This document shows positions 28,237-40,000 of a DNA stretch of 64,000 bases, piece by piece; the stretch's first letter is position 1, and each line of letters starts with the position of its first letter. Below the pieces are notes generated by a model. That model had not been told where the DNA came from. It was given only the letters and a program-made list of their open reading frames with translations, and searched no databases. This stretch comes from an uncultured Clostridia bacterium (GTDB lineage Bacteria > Bacillota > Clostridia > TANB77 > CAG-465): assembly GCA_947630145.1 (NCBI GenBank), contig CANRGL010000001.1, forward strand, positions 17,289 to 81,288, written 5' to 3'. The translations under genes and the position numbers were made by a program.

Positions 28237-28572
28237 CTAACGCTCTTGCGATTTTTCTTTTTTGTGCTCTTTTTTATAATCTTCAGATATTATTCTTACA
28301 CTTTTTTCTATCGAATAGCCTATATCTTCACGCATATTTCCATCAAAACTTATCCAGTCATTATACAATTCTTCAAGTAAATTTTCTCTTGATAAAAGTG
28401 CTTTAATTTCTGCATTTGATAGAGTAATATCATATTCCAAACTATCAATGATTTCTTGTTTTGCTGTTATTTCATAAGCTCTATCTATTGCATAATCAAC
28501 ACCATTTTCTTTTACAAACTCTTTATATTTTTTCATTTCATTATCTAATTTATCTAATAATTTATCTTCCAT
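28237..28572 (-). CDS. hypothetical protein
   Basis: 111-aa ORF. Confidence 0.3.
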   Translation of the reverse strand: MEDKLLDKLDNEMKKYKEFVKENGVDYAIDRAYEITAKQEIIDSLEYDITLSNAEIKALLSRENLLEELYNDWISFDGNMREDIGYSIEKSVRIISEDYKKEHKKEKSQER

Positions 28573-28592
28573 TTGTCTATTCTCCTTTCATT

Positions 28593-28636
28593 CAAACATA
28601 AAAAAAGAAGTCAATTTATTATTAAATCAACTTCTT
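28593..28636 (-). terminator. rho-independent terminator candidate
   Basis: Hairpin AAGAAGTCAATTT-attatt-AAATCAACTTCTT followed (minus sense) by a U-tract, downstream of the 215-aa gene. Confidence 0.4.
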
Positions 28637-28649
28637 TTTATAACAAAAT

Positions 28650-29297
28650 TTATTTAATTGATGTTTCTTTTAACCCTGCTTTAAATGCTATTTTAAATTC
28701 AAGTGAACGAATGTCAAATTCTATTTTTAAATACTCAATAAATGCTTTTGTTTCTTCTTTATTTAATTCTACTTCCTCAAAATTCTCATACAATTTTGCT
28801 ATATTGGGATATTTATCAACAATATTTCCTGACAACTTTCTCAACCTTTTATATTCTCTAGAACGAGAATAATAATTATTATATAAATACTCATCTAAAT
28901 CACCCTCTGCATAATCCAAAAATGTTTCTTCATATTTTTTTGAATTATCATTGATATCTGCAATTTCATATTTTAATTTTGATAAGTCTTTCATTCCTAA
29001 TTTATAATATTCTTTGCTCCAAAAATAAATTTCTTTAGAAAATTCCAAATCATAATCTGTAAACATATCAGAAAACTTTTGATAATCTTCTTCATTTAAA
29101 ATATGTTTTTTTACAAAGTCTAAAATTTCTTCATTTTTTTTGCAGACTGATTTTTCAATTTTCTTTATTTCGTCATCATTATTATAAGTACTCTGTTCAA
29201 AATCCTCCTTTCTATTTTCATACATTAATTCAATTATTGAATCATTTATTTTATCCATTTTTATTACCTCCATATTATTTATATTATAATACTTCAA
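28650..29297 (-). CDS. hypothetical protein
   Basis: 215-aa ORF, acidic. Confidence 0.3.
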   Translation of the reverse strand: MKYYNINNMEVIKMDKINDSIIELMYENRKEDFEQSTYNNDDEIKKIEKSVCKKNEEILDFVKKHILNEEDYQKFSDMFTDYDLEFSKEIYFWSKEYYKLGMKDLSKLKYEIADINDNSKKYEETFLDYAEGDLDEYLYNNYYSRSREYKRLRKLSGNIVDKYPNIAKLYENFEEVELNKEETKAFIEYLKIEFDIRSLEFKIAFKAGLKETSIK

Positions 29298-29349
29298 TAA
29301 ATAAAAATGTACAATTATTTATTTTGTACTTTTGACATTATAAAATATA

Positions 29350-32300
29350 TTAGCATCGAACTAAATTATCCTTATCTATATACTTTTCCTGTTTTTCTTC
29401 TACTTCATCTTCTAAAATTTCATGATCGTCATCCTTTATTTTTAATTCAGCATTTATTTTTTCAACTTTTCTTTGCTTTTCTTTAAGTTCTTGTTCTTGT
29501 GGAAATTCTTTTTGACTTTCTACTTTAGCATTTTCTAATTGAAACTTTGTATTATCTAACTTCTCTTTTTCAAGTGGAATATTTTTTTCAATATTCTCTA
29601 AACAATTATTTATTCTTATGATATTACCACCTGCATCTGCTCCCAAATCAATTATATAACTAAATTTATTCTTTAACTTTAATTTTATATTTCTTGTAAT
29701 AGAGTCAAAGCTAATTTCCATTTTAAATCCTCTATATTCTCCTATTTCTTTTACATCCATACTCTTTAATAACTGTGTACATTCTAAAAGTTTTTTACCT
29801 GCATCTGCTTTCTCAGAATACTCTTTTCCATCAATAATCATTGGAGAAAATCCATCTTTATTATTTTTTGTATATTCTTTAAGCCTTTTTATATCTTCTT
29901 CCATTGCTGTTATTTTATTATTTAATCTTGTAATTTCTTCAGGAAAATATTTAATTACTTTATCTTGCAAAGCATATTTTGTATTTAAAAAATTTGCTTT
30001 TAATAGTTTTAATTTTGATATTTCACTATCTAGATTAGTTTTCTCCAAAATTAAAGGATTACCTGTTGCTAATGCCTTTATTTCTCCATAGGAAAGAGCC
30101 TTTTCATCCACATCCTCCATTGTTCTTGCAGGTGTTTTTGATGTCATAATTTGCGAAATAAATTTTTGCTTTTGCTCTACCAACTGATACATATAAGCAT
30201 CAAATGTTTTTTCAGTGACATATGTATAAACATAAACTTTTTCATTTTCATTACCTTGCCTTATCATTCTTCCGTTTCTTTGTGTAAGATCGCTAGGTTT
30301 CCAAGCACAATCTAAATTATGCAATGCAATTAGCTTATTTTGAACATTTGTACCTGCTCCCATCTTAGCAGTAGAGCCAATTAAAATTCTTACTTCTCCT
30401 TCTCTTACTTTTCTGAATAATTCTTTTTTCTTTGCTTCATTATCTGCCTCGTGGATAAATCTTATTTCTTCTTCAGGTATTCCTTTTTGCATAAGTTTAA
30501 TTTTTAATTCATTATATACATCTAAAAATTCTTCTTTTTCATACCCTTTCATATCTTTTGGAGTAGATAAGTCACAAAATACAAGTTGTGTAGCTTTTAT
30601 TTCTGTGTTTTCTTTCCATATTTTATATACATTTTCGGCACATGAATTTACTTTGCTTGTATCAGAATCAGGTAGTAAAGGATTCATAAGTCTTTGTTCT
30701 AAGGCTAATTTTCTTCCCTCACTTGTAATTTTTAACATGTTATCCTTTGAAGCATCAACTGAGCCATTTCTTATTGCATCTGCTCTTTCCCCAAGTTTTG
30801 CTACCATTTCTTTCTGTATCTCACTTGGTATAACAACTACATTTATATTTTCAAATTCAGGAGTTGGAAGATTTAGTGTTTCTGATGTTTGAATATCTGC
30901 TATTTGCTTAAACATGGACATCAATTCAGGAAGATTATGAAATTTTGCAAATCTTGTTTTTGCTTTATATCCAGTTCCTTCAGGTGCTAATTCTATTGCT
31001 GTAACAGTTTCTCCAAATGTACTAGCCCAATTATCAAAGTGTTCCAATTCATTTTTCCTTAATTCGTTATATTGTAAATAACGTTGCATAGTATAAAGTT
31101 CAGCCATACTATTTGACACAGGTGTACCTGTTGCAAACACTACACCTTTTCCACCTGTAATTTCATCTAAATATCGACATTTCATAAATAAATCTGAACT
31201 TTTTTGAGCTTCAGTTTGTGCAATTCCTCCCACATTTCTCATTTTTGTATATAAAAATAAATTTTTATAATTATGAGCTTCATCTACAAATAATTTATCA
31301 ACACCCAATTCCTCAAATGTAACAACATCATCTTTTCTTTCTTGCTTATTAAGTTTATCAAGTTTTGTTTCTAATACTTTTTTTGTTTTTTCCATTTGTT
31401 TTATAGTATAATTTTCACCACGATTTTCTTTTTCTGCTGCAATTCCTCTAGTAATATCTTCAAGTTGTTCTTGTAAAAGATTTTTTTGCCTTTCTAATGA
31501 CATCGGTATTCGTTCAAATTGACTATGTCCTATAATTACAGCATCAAAATCTCCAGTTGCTATTCTACTACAAAACTTCTTTCTATTTTTAGTTTCAAAG
31601 TCTTTTTTAGTAGCAACTAAAAGATTTGCAGAAGGATATAATTGTAAAAACTCACTTGCGAATTGCTCTATAATATGATTAGGTACAACAAAAAGCGACT
31701 TATTACAAAGTCCTAGTCTTTTGCTTTCCATAGCTGCAGCTACCATTTCGTAAGTCTTACCTGCCCCTACCTCATGAGCAAGTAAAACATTATTACCATA
31801 TAAAATATGTGCAACAGCATTTAATTGGTGAGAACGAAGTTTAATTTCAGGATTCATTCCAACAAAATTTATATGAGAGCCATCATATTCACGAGTTCGT
31901 ATTGAGTTGAATTTATCATTGTATATTCTTACCAACTTATTTCTTCTATCTGGATCATTCCATATCCAATTTAAGAATTCTTCCTTTATTGCATCTTGTT
32001 TTGCACTTGCTATTGCTGTTTCTTTTTTGTTTAAAATTCTTTGTTTTCTTCCATCATCATCAATAATTGTATCAAAAATCTTTACATCTTTTAAATTAAG
32101 TGTATTCTCAATTATTTTATAAGCATTCATCCTGTATGTACCATAAGTAGAATATGCTTTAACATTATCTCTATCAGAACTTTTATTTTCAATATACCAT
32201 TCTCCAGTTATATTAGAATATTTAACTTTTATGTCAAATTGATAATATCTAGGTGTATCAAGTAATTCAAATATAAATTGGCGAATTATTTCTGTCGGTA

Positions 32301-35300
32301 TCCATGTCGAGCCAAGTTTTACTCCTATTTCACTTGCATTTAAGTCTTGTGGTATAACTTCTTTAAGTTTATCCACATTTATTTGATATTCAGGATGATC
32401 TGTTAACTGACTTTCAGCAATTTTTAGCTTTTCTCTAACATTTCCTGATAAATATTCATCTTGAGTTACATATATTTCTTCTATTGGTACTTTAAATATA
32501 ATTCCTTTTAGTTCGTTAATAATTGTATCTTTGTCTTTTTTTGTCAATTCAGACATATAATCTAAATCAACTTTTGCTTTTTCCTGTATAGATAAGATAA
32601 GTGCCTCATCTGAAGTATCAACTTCTTTTATTTCTTTTTTTGCTTTAATAGTTCGTTTGGTAAACATATCTGCTTTTCCAATAAATTTACCTTCACCATC
32701 AAGTTTTTCAAGTGAACATAAAAGGAAATAACTACTATCATTTGAAAAAGCATTTTCACATGCTCTGGAGTTAATTAAACCATATTCTTTAGTAAATTTA
32801 TCATACAACTGATTAAGTTTAGCTTGTTCTAAATAAATATCTCCGTCAGAATAATCTTCTATTTGATAATCTATAAGTTTTCTAACTTGTTCCCTTAACT
32901 CTATTAACCCTTTAATTCTATTTTTACTTGTAAGTGGCAAATCATCTTGTAATATCATTTTTGAGTTTTCTCTAAAATATATTTTATTATCAATTACTGT
33001 ATAAGAAAAATTCTTGACATCAGGTGTTGCTGGAATTGATGTATCTTCATTATCTAATTCATTTTCAACAGAAGTTACTTTAATCTCGCCATGAATATTA
33101 GAAATCGCCTTATTTAGTCTATCTTGTAAATCTTGTCCATCTATTGCTTTACAAGAAAAATCAAAGCCATATTGTGTGCTTTCTCTTTCCATTCTTCCTA
33201 ATACCATTTCAGGATTATCAATGAAATATTTATTCATTGTAATGTCATTTTCATCTTTGTCTAAATATACCCAATCAGGCATTATATCAGTTAAGTTTTC
33301 TCTTTTTTGTAAAAATATAATGTCTGAAGTAACTTTTGTTCCTGCGTTTTTAGTAAAAGTATTATCAGGTAATCTAATTGCTCCTAGTAAATCAGCTCTT
33401 TGTGCTATATACTTTCTAACTTCAGGATTTGCCTTATCCATTGTTCCTTTGCTTGAAATAAATGCTATTACACCATTAGGTCTAACTTTATCTAATGTTT
33501 TTGCAAAAAAGTAATCGTGAATAAGAAAATTATTTTTGTCATATTTTTTATCATTTACTTTGAAATCGCCAAAAGGCACATTTCCAATAGCAACATCATA
33601 AAAAGAATCTGGTAAATCAGCTTTTTCATATCCTTGTATTTTAATATTTGCATCTTGATATAACTGCTTTGCAATTCTGCCACTAATACTATCTAATTCA
33701 ACACCATATAACTTTGATTTTTGCATTTCTTGTGGCAACATTCCTAAAAAATTTCCTGTTCCACAGCTTGGTTCTAATATATTTACTTCTTCAGCTCCCA
33801 TATTTTGAATTGCTTTATATATTGCATTTATAACAATAGGTGGTGTATAAAAAGATGTTAGTGTACTTGCTCTTGCAGATTCGTATTCTTCAGCTGTTAA
33901 TAATGATTTTAATTCGTTATATTCTTGCGACCAATTATCTTTTTTCTCATCAAATACATCAGGAAATCCACCCCAACCTACATATTGCGAAAGTATTTCT
34001 TGTTCTTCTTGATTTGCAAGTCTTTTATTATCTTCAAGTTCTTTTAATAATTTTATAGCCTCTATATTTCTTTTAACTTTTTCTTTTGGAGTTCCTTCTC
34101 CTAAAAAATTATTGTCAATATGATAATTTATTTTATCTTGACTTTTATAATATTCATCTCTATTTAGAGGCTTTCCATTTTCTTCTCTTGCTTTAAATAA
34201 GTTTATTACATTTTGAGCTTGTTGTATTTCTTCTTTATTTATAACATCATTATCTTTAAAATTAAGTTCATTTTCCTTATATAGAGATATTGCTTGTAAT
34301 AAACTAATATTTCTTGATATTGGATAATGTGCTGTTTCAAGCATTGTCATATCTAACAATACTAAAGAATCTAAATCTTTATTTATTGCTTCAACTCTAT
34401 ATTTTCTATCACTTTCCAAATAAATAATTTGTCCAATTTTAAACTCTACATCTTCATCTTGTAATTCTTCTTTTAATTCATTTACAGCATTTATTGTATT
34501 ATTAACGGCAACATGTTCTACTTCTTTAAATTCATCATCTGCTTTTTGACCACTTGTTATATTATCAAAATCTTCTTGAGAAATTTCTTCTAATTTAGGA
34601 TCTGTAAGTTCTTCAATATCAGTAAATTCTGCTAATCTTTTTCTGATACTCATAATATTTTCATTTTCTTCATTATCAGAATATTCTAATAATCCACCAT
34701 CTTGCTCAACTCCTAAATTATCATATATTTCATAATAATAGCCTTCTTCATTAGTATGGAAATGAAAGTAACTACCATTTTTTAATTTATAATTTTTATC
34801 TATATTTTGAATATCAAATTCTTCATTTTCACTTGATTTTTCATTTTTGAATATTTTATCAAACATCCACTTTTCATTTTCATAGTCTTTATCAAGCCAA
34901 TGCTGATATTCTTCTTTTTCATTATCAACAAAATACCTATCTAATGAAATAAGTTCTCCAATTCGTTTTTCAATAGTATTCCAATTTATTTGCATTGTAT
35001 CTTTAACATCTCTTTTAGAAAGTTTTAGCCCTTTGCTTGGACTATATTCAACCCAAATACCATCTAGTCCTTTTACACCGTTAGTCCCATAATAGTTAAA
35101 CTCACTTTTCAAAAATTCTTGTCTTTCCTTAGAAGAAAAAGTTTCTTGATATAATCTATATACTCTAAACTTTCCGTTTTGATGTCCTGTTCCATCTTGT
35201 AATGTTTTATCAATCATTTCTTGAGTAAAAGAAAAAGCAGGAGTATTTTCTACTTCTGCTTGTTTATCAATATTTTCAATTTGTTTTTTCACACTTGGTA

Positions 35301-36525
35301 ATTCTTTAATCGGTGGTACATAGCTGTCAGAAAATAAATCTAATTGTAAATCAGCTCCTGCATCACTATTTCTTGTGCTTGATTTTTTATTGAATTCATT
35401 TGACCTACCCACTCCATCTGATTGTTGGCTTTCATCTCCTCGTTTACTTTGTATTTTTGGGCTAATTGTTGAATTATTTGTTTCACTCTCATTTGAGCTG
35501 TTTGTTCTATCTCTCCCAAATGTTCCTCCATTTTTCCTTCCATCATTAGTTCCTCGTAAAGCCCCTTCTTGTACTCCCTCAAATAATTCAATCTCATCCT
35601 TGAGTACATTCCTTGTTTCATTTTCTTTGTTTGTGGTAGTGTTACTTGTGGTATTTGATAATCTCCCATTTGTTTGTAAGTTATTTCTTTCATAATTTTC
35701 ACTTCCCCTTTCATTTTCTTTAATATCATGATAACCCATATTTTTTTCTTTTGCAAATGTGTAATTTTTATTATTTATAGATTTTTCTATATTTAAGACA
35801 GTAGAATATATTTCTCGTAGTTCTAATTCAGCAATATCACTAATTGCAGCACCTAATCTTGAAATTACTTGTCTAGTATCAAAGTTTACTATTGAATTAA
35901 ATGCTTCTATGCTAAAATTTTTTGTCGGATCTAGTCCACACCTTTTCATTACCATATAAGTAATAGAATTTACTAATAAAGTTATAAATTCTCCATCTAT
36001 TTCACTTTCTTCCAATCTTTTCAAAGAGCTATTATTTATTACTTCTTTTAGGTCTTTTAAATAATCAGAAAGATTATCTTCTACTAAATTATGCGTTGCA
36101 GAATAAATAGCCTCACCTAAATTATTTTTTATAGTAAGTTCTCCAAAACTATTTTCTAATGTGTCTATAATTCCATTATGATATGATTCCTTAACTTCCC
36201 ATAATTTTATTTCTTTATTTATTCCACTATAAGTATCAGATATATCAAAAACATGTCTTATAATATTCCTTCCATCTTGCAAAGAAATAAGAGCAATACC
36301 TTTTGCACCTTTAGTAACCCATCTTTTTAATCTTTTATTCCAAATTTCTATTTCTGCACAAGCAGTTGCGTCAGGTTTTTGTGCATGTATCAAAACTTGT
36401 TCATTAAAATCATATTTATAATTGTTACTAGCAGTATTAAGAAAATTTATCCATTCTTCAGGTTTTGTAATGTTTTTTAATGTTTCTCTAGCCATTTCAT
36501 TTATAAGTTGATATTTGTTAGGCAT
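29350..36525 (-). CDS. polyvalent protein: N6-adenine DNA methyltransferase + SNF2/SF2 helicase with additional N-terminal domains
   Basis: MTase motif I EPSCGTGNFL and motif IV IGNVPFG. Helicase motif I LLAHEVGAGKT, motif II DEAHNYKN and motif III ATGTPVSN. About 2390 aa. AAAGGAGG + ATG (MPNKYQ) at 36525 is the likely start. Confidence 0.8.
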   Translation of the reverse strand: MPNKYQLINEMARETLKNITKPEEWINFLNTASNNYKYDFNEQVLIHAQKPDATACAEIEIWNKRLKRWVTKGAKGIALISLQDGRNIIRHVFDISDTYSGINKEIKLWEVKESYHNGIIDTLENSFGELTIKNNLGEAIYSATHNLVEDNLSDYLKDLKEVINNSSLKRLEESEIDGEFITLLVNSITYMVMKRCGLDPTKNFSIEAFNSIVNFDTRQVISRLGAAISDIAELELREIYSTVLNIEKSINNKNYTFAKEKNMGYHDIKENERGSENYERNNLQTNGRLSNTTSNTTTNKENETRNVLKDEIELFEGVQEGALRGTNDGRKNGGTFGRDRTNSSNESETNNSTISPKIQSKRGDESQQSDGVGRSNEFNKKSSTRNSDAGADLQLDLFSDSYVPPIKELPSVKKQIENIDKQAEVENTPAFSFTQEMIDKTLQDGTGHQNGKFRVYRLYQETFSSKERQEFLKSEFNYYGTNGVKGLDGIWVEYSPSKGLKLSKRDVKDTMQINWNTIEKRIGELISLDRYFVDNEKEEYQHWLDKDYENEKWMFDKIFKNEKSSENEEFDIQNIDKNYKLKNGSYFHFHTNEEGYYYEIYDNLGVEQDGGLLEYSDNEENENIMSIRKRLAEFTDIEELTDPKLEEISQEDFDNITSGQKADDEFKEVEHVAVNNTINAVNELKEELQDEDVEFKIGQIIYLESDRKYRVEAINKDLDSLVLLDMTMLETAHYPISRNISLLQAISLYKENELNFKDNDVINKEEIQQAQNVINLFKAREENGKPLNRDEYYKSQDKINYHIDNNFLGEGTPKEKVKRNIEAIKLLKELEDNKRLANQEEQEILSQYVGWGGFPDVFDEKKDNWSQEYNELKSLLTAEEYESARASTLTSFYTPPIVINAIYKAIQNMGAEEVNILEPSCGTGNFLGMLPQEMQKSKLYGVELDSISGRIAKQLYQDANIKIQGYEKADLPDSFYDVAIGNVPFGDFKVNDKKYDKNNFLIHDYFFAKTLDKVRPNGVIAFISSKGTMDKANPEVRKYIAQRADLLGAIRLPDNTFTKNAGTKVTSDIIFLQKRENLTDIMPDWVYLDKDENDITMNKYFIDNPEMVLGRMERESTQYGFDFSCKAIDGQDLQDRLNKAISNIHGEIKVTSVENELDNEDTSIPATPDVKNFSYTVIDNKIYFRENSKMILQDDLPLTSKNRIKGLIELREQVRKLIDYQIEDYSDGDIYLEQAKLNQLYDKFTKEYGLINSRACENAFSNDSSYFLLCSLEKLDGEGKFIGKADMFTKRTIKAKKEIKEVDTSDEALILSIQEKAKVDLDYMSELTKKDKDTIINELKGIIFKVPIEEIYVTQDEYLSGNVREKLKIAESQLTDHPEYQINVDKLKEVIPQDLNASEIGVKLGSTWIPTEIIRQFIFELLDTPRYYQFDIKVKYSNITGEWYIENKSSDRDNVKAYSTYGTYRMNAYKIIENTLNLKDVKIFDTIIDDDGRKQRILNKKETAIASAKQDAIKEEFLNWIWNDPDRRNKLVRIYNDKFNSIRTREYDGSHINFVGMNPEIKLRSHQLNAVAHILYGNNVLLAHEVGAGKTYEMVAAAMESKRLGLCNKSLFVVPNHIIEQFASEFLQLYPSANLLVATKKDFETKNRKKFCSRIATGDFDAVIIGHSQFERIPMSLERQKNLLQEQLEDITRGIAAEKENRGENYTIKQMEKTKKVLETKLDKLNKQERKDDVVTFEELGVDKLFVDEAHNYKNLFLYTKMRNVGGIAQTEAQKSSDLFMKCRYLDEITGGKGVVFATGTPVSNSMAELYTMQRYLQYNELRKNELEHFDNWASTFGETVTAIELAPEGTGYKAKTRFAKFHNLPELMSMFKQIADIQTSETLNLPTPEFENINVVVIPSEIQKEMVAKLGERADAIRNGSVDASKDNMLKITSEGRKLALEQRLMNPLLPDSDTSKVNSCAENVYKIWKENTEIKATQLVFCDLSTPKDMKGYEKEEFLDVYNELKIKLMQKGIPEEEIRFIHEADNEAKKKELFRKVREGEVRILIGSTAKMGAGTNVQNKLIALHNLDCAWKPSDLTQRNGRMIRQGNENEKVYVYTYVTEKTFDAYMYQLVEQKQKFISQIMTSKTPARTMEDVDEKALSYGEIKALATGNPLILEKTNLDSEISKLKLLKANFLNTKYALQDKVIKYFPEEITRLNNKITAMEEDIKRLKEYTKNNKDGFSPMIIDGKEYSEKADAGKKLLECTQLLKSMDVKEIGEYRGFKMEISFDSITRNIKLKLKNKFSYIIDLGADAGGNIIRINNCLENIEKNIPLEKEKLDNTKFQLENAKVESQKEFPQEQELKEKQRKVEKINAELKIKDDDHEILEDEVEEKQEKYIDKDNLVRC

Positions 36526-36760
36526 TATTATTCCTCCTTTCTTCCTTTTTAGCAGGTTCTTTTTCATCTTTTAAATATTGCAATGTGTTTTTTTCTTTTA
36601 CATATTTTCTTAATAATATGATATTTTTTACATCAATATCTTCTGTGATAGTTTCTAAATCTTCTATTTGCAATTTTAAAATTGAACTTTCATCTCCTTT
36701 TCCAATTTTAAATAATTTCATTAGTGTAGAATATCTTGAATTATTTTCTTTTCTTGGCAC
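36518..36760 (-). CDS. small hypothetical protein
   Basis: 80-aa ORF upstream of and overlapping the polyvalent gene start. Coding status is uncertain. Confidence 0.25.
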   Translation of the reverse strand: MPRKENNSRYSTLMKLFKIGKGDESSILKLQIEDLETITEDIDVKNIILLRKYVKEKNTLQYLKDEKEPAKKEERRNNNA

Positions 36761-36776
36761 TTTTACACCTCCAATT

Positions 36777-36818
36777 CTATAAAAAAATAAAGAGCTAGAT
36801 TATTTTTTCTAGCTCTTT
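36777..36818 (-). terminator. rho-independent terminator
   Basis: Perfect hairpin AAAGAGCTAGA-ttatttttt-CTAGCTCTTT followed in minus sense by AUUUUUUUAUAG, just downstream of the 70-aa gene. Confidence 0.55.
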
Positions 36819-36822
36819 ATAA

Positions 36823-37035
36823 CTACAAGGATTTAGCTTTATTCTCTACTATTTCGTATGTACTATCTAGTATTTCATCAGGTACAGAATTTTCACCAAA
36901 TTCTTCTATATATTCTATATATTTTTTTAATGTATTTGAGTTATTTATAAAGTCTGAATAATTTTTTTCTTTTAATTTTATTCTAATTATAACTAGATAG
37001 CTTTCAACTATTTGTACTTTATCGTCTTTACTCAT
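36823..37035 (-). CDS. hypothetical protein
   Basis: 70-aa ORF. Confidence 0.3.
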   Translation of the reverse strand: MSKDDKVQIVESYLVIIRIKLKEKNYSDFINNSNTLKKYIEYIEEFGENSVPDEILDSTYEIVENKAKSL

Positions 37036-37095
37036 TTTTTTACCTCCTAAGAAAATTATACATTAGAAGTCAAATATATTTATTAACATTAAATT

Positions 37096-40000
37096 TTAAT
37101 TACTTTTTTTACCTCTTTTATAATTATATATAGAAAATACAATAATACTTAAAATAGATAGCATAACAATTCCACCAATAAAGAATAGCTTATTTTCATC
37201 TCCAGTTTTTGGAACTTCAATTTTAACATTTTCAAAAGAAAACTCTATTGTACTATTTTTTTCTTCAACTTTATTATCATCAATAAAAATTCCTTTGTCA
37301 TTTATTTCTACTTTTATAATTTTACTAGATAATTCATATCCTTTTGGAGCTTTTGTTTCTTTTATATAATAAACACCATATCTTAATTCTTCAAATAATG
37401 CTGTTCCATCATCCTTATTTGAATTTACTTCTTTTATCAATTTAGTACATTCAGGATCTTCGTATATAGCAAATGTAAATTTATCTTTAATAGTTTCTTT
37501 TGTTTTACTATCTACTTTTATAACCTTAATATTTTTTAATATAGGCATATCTTTCATTTCTACTTTTTGTATTTCTTTATCAGAAGTAACAACAAATGTT
37601 ATTTCTTCAGTAACTTCATAACCATAAGGAGCAGTTGTTTCTCTTAATACATAAGTTTTTCCTTCTTCTAATCCTCTAACTTTATGACTTTCTTTTGTTG
37701 ATGTCCATTTATCAACAATTTCTCCATTCTCATCAATAACTTCTAATTCTGCTCCTTCTATTTCTTCAGAAGTTATAAAATCTGTTTTTGATACTTCTAA
37801 AATTTTGTCTATCATTACTACTTTTTGTATATCATTATTATTATTTACTCTAAACTTTATTTCTGTTGCTTTTACAAATCCGTCTGGTGCAATTTTTTCT
37901 CTTAATGTGTACTCTTTATTTACTAATAATCCCTCAATTTTATGTGATTCTTTTGTTGATGTCCACTTATCAACAATTTCTCCATTTTCATCAATAACTT
38001 CTAATTCTGCTCCCTCTAATTCTTCATCTCCAGTTATTGTAGTCTTAGATATTTCTACTTCAGTTGGTTTATTTTCAACTTCTCTTGTTTCAGTATAAAC
38101 CTTAGTTGTATTATCTTTCTTTTCAAACACAACCTCTATTGGATCATCATTTAATACTACACCATCTAAAGTTTTAATTTCTTTTAATTCATATTTTCCC
38201 ATTGGAAGATTATTTATTTCTAATTTTCCATCTTTTGATAATTTATAATTTCCTACTTTTGCTCCTTTTTCATAAATTGTAGATCCATCTGCCATATCTA
38301 TTATTTTTTCTTTTGCAACAAGAGTAAACTCTATTTTACTTAAATCAGAAACATCAACAAGTGATGTATCTACATTATCTTTTAATGCAACTGATTTATC
38401 AAGTATTATAGTTCCAGTTGGTTGTTCATTACCAACTTTTATTGTAATATACGCATCGTAATCACTATCAAATTCAAGATTTTTATTACTTCTATTTATT
38501 TCAAATATTATTTCATCTTCTAATTCTAAAAATCCCTTTGGAAGTTTTATTTCATCTATCTTATATGTGCCACATTGTAATTTATCTTCTGTAACTGCAA
38601 CACCTGTTTTATCAGTTTTCCATTTATCAGAATAGAATAATCCTGTTTTACATTTTACTTTTTCCCATTCCCCATTATCATTCAATCTATAAAGACTAAA
38701 TGTAGTATCAGAAAATGTTACTACTTTTCCAGTTTTTTTATCAACTTTTATCATTTTTATATAGCTCTCAAATGGTAAATCATTTTCCACAAATTCTTTA
38801 ATTATACCATCGGAGTCTTTATCTATATTTATATAAAAAGGCTCGACTGTTTCAATTTCATCATTTGGTGTATATGTTTCTTCTACCATATATTCTCCAT
38901 AAGCAAGAGCTTTTGAAATTCCATGTCCGTCTTCTCCAGTTTTAAAAATAGAATATTCATCATCTGCATATTCATTTATATGTTCTTTTGCTTTTTCAAA
39001 GCTACCATAATAATCAACATATTTATTTAATATTGCAGTAAATTCTGCATTTGCAACTTTATTTGCAGTATTATTATCATTTGTAGAAACTTTTATAACT
39101 TCAAATTTTGCTCTTTGAACATCATTTGTAACCACATAGTTTTCTACTATTTTATCTGTATTTTGGTCTTTATATTTTAATTCATAATCGTAAATTTTTG
39201 TGTCTAATTTATATCCCTTAGGAGCAGTTGTTTCTTTAGCATAATATTTTCCCATTGGAATCCCATCCAAATAATCTTCATTTACTTTTAATTCTGCCTT
39301 TGTATCTGTATTTGTAATATTTATTTTTGCATTTCCATATTCATCAAAAGTAAATGTGGCTATTTCATCATTTGCATTAAAAAATTGCTTTGAATGACTT
39401 ACATTATAAATATTTTCTTTTGCATATAAAGTATATATAGCTCCTTTAAGAGTTGCATCTCCATGATGTGATGTTCCATCTACTCTATTTGAATTACCAG
39501 TAATAATATCTGTTTTATTTATTTTAATTTTTCCAGTAGGCTCACTATTAACTATTGCCTTACTTGCTGTTTGGTTAGGTTTTACTTCTACATTGTAACT
39601 TTTTACATCTAATAAATATCCTTTAGGAGCATTTTTTTCTTTAATGGTATATGTTCCCTTTTTTAACTTTTCAATAGTTATTTTTCCATTTTCAACAACG
39701 ACATCTTTATTATAGTTATTACCACTTACATTATAAGTAGCTCCATCAACAAGTTCCCCTGTTGTATCTAGTTTTTGTAATTCTAACTTACCAAATAATT
39801 CTATTTTTAAAGATAATTTCATTGATACAGGATCGTTATAGTGCATATTATATAATTGATTCTGAATTCCATCTCTAAATTCAAAATAAATCATAGTACC
39901 ATTGTCTTGAGTTCCTTCTTTTACTAATCCCCAAGATTTAAATGTACTATCTGAAATATTATAATTTTCTATATTAGTATTTTCATCAACAGAAATAGTT

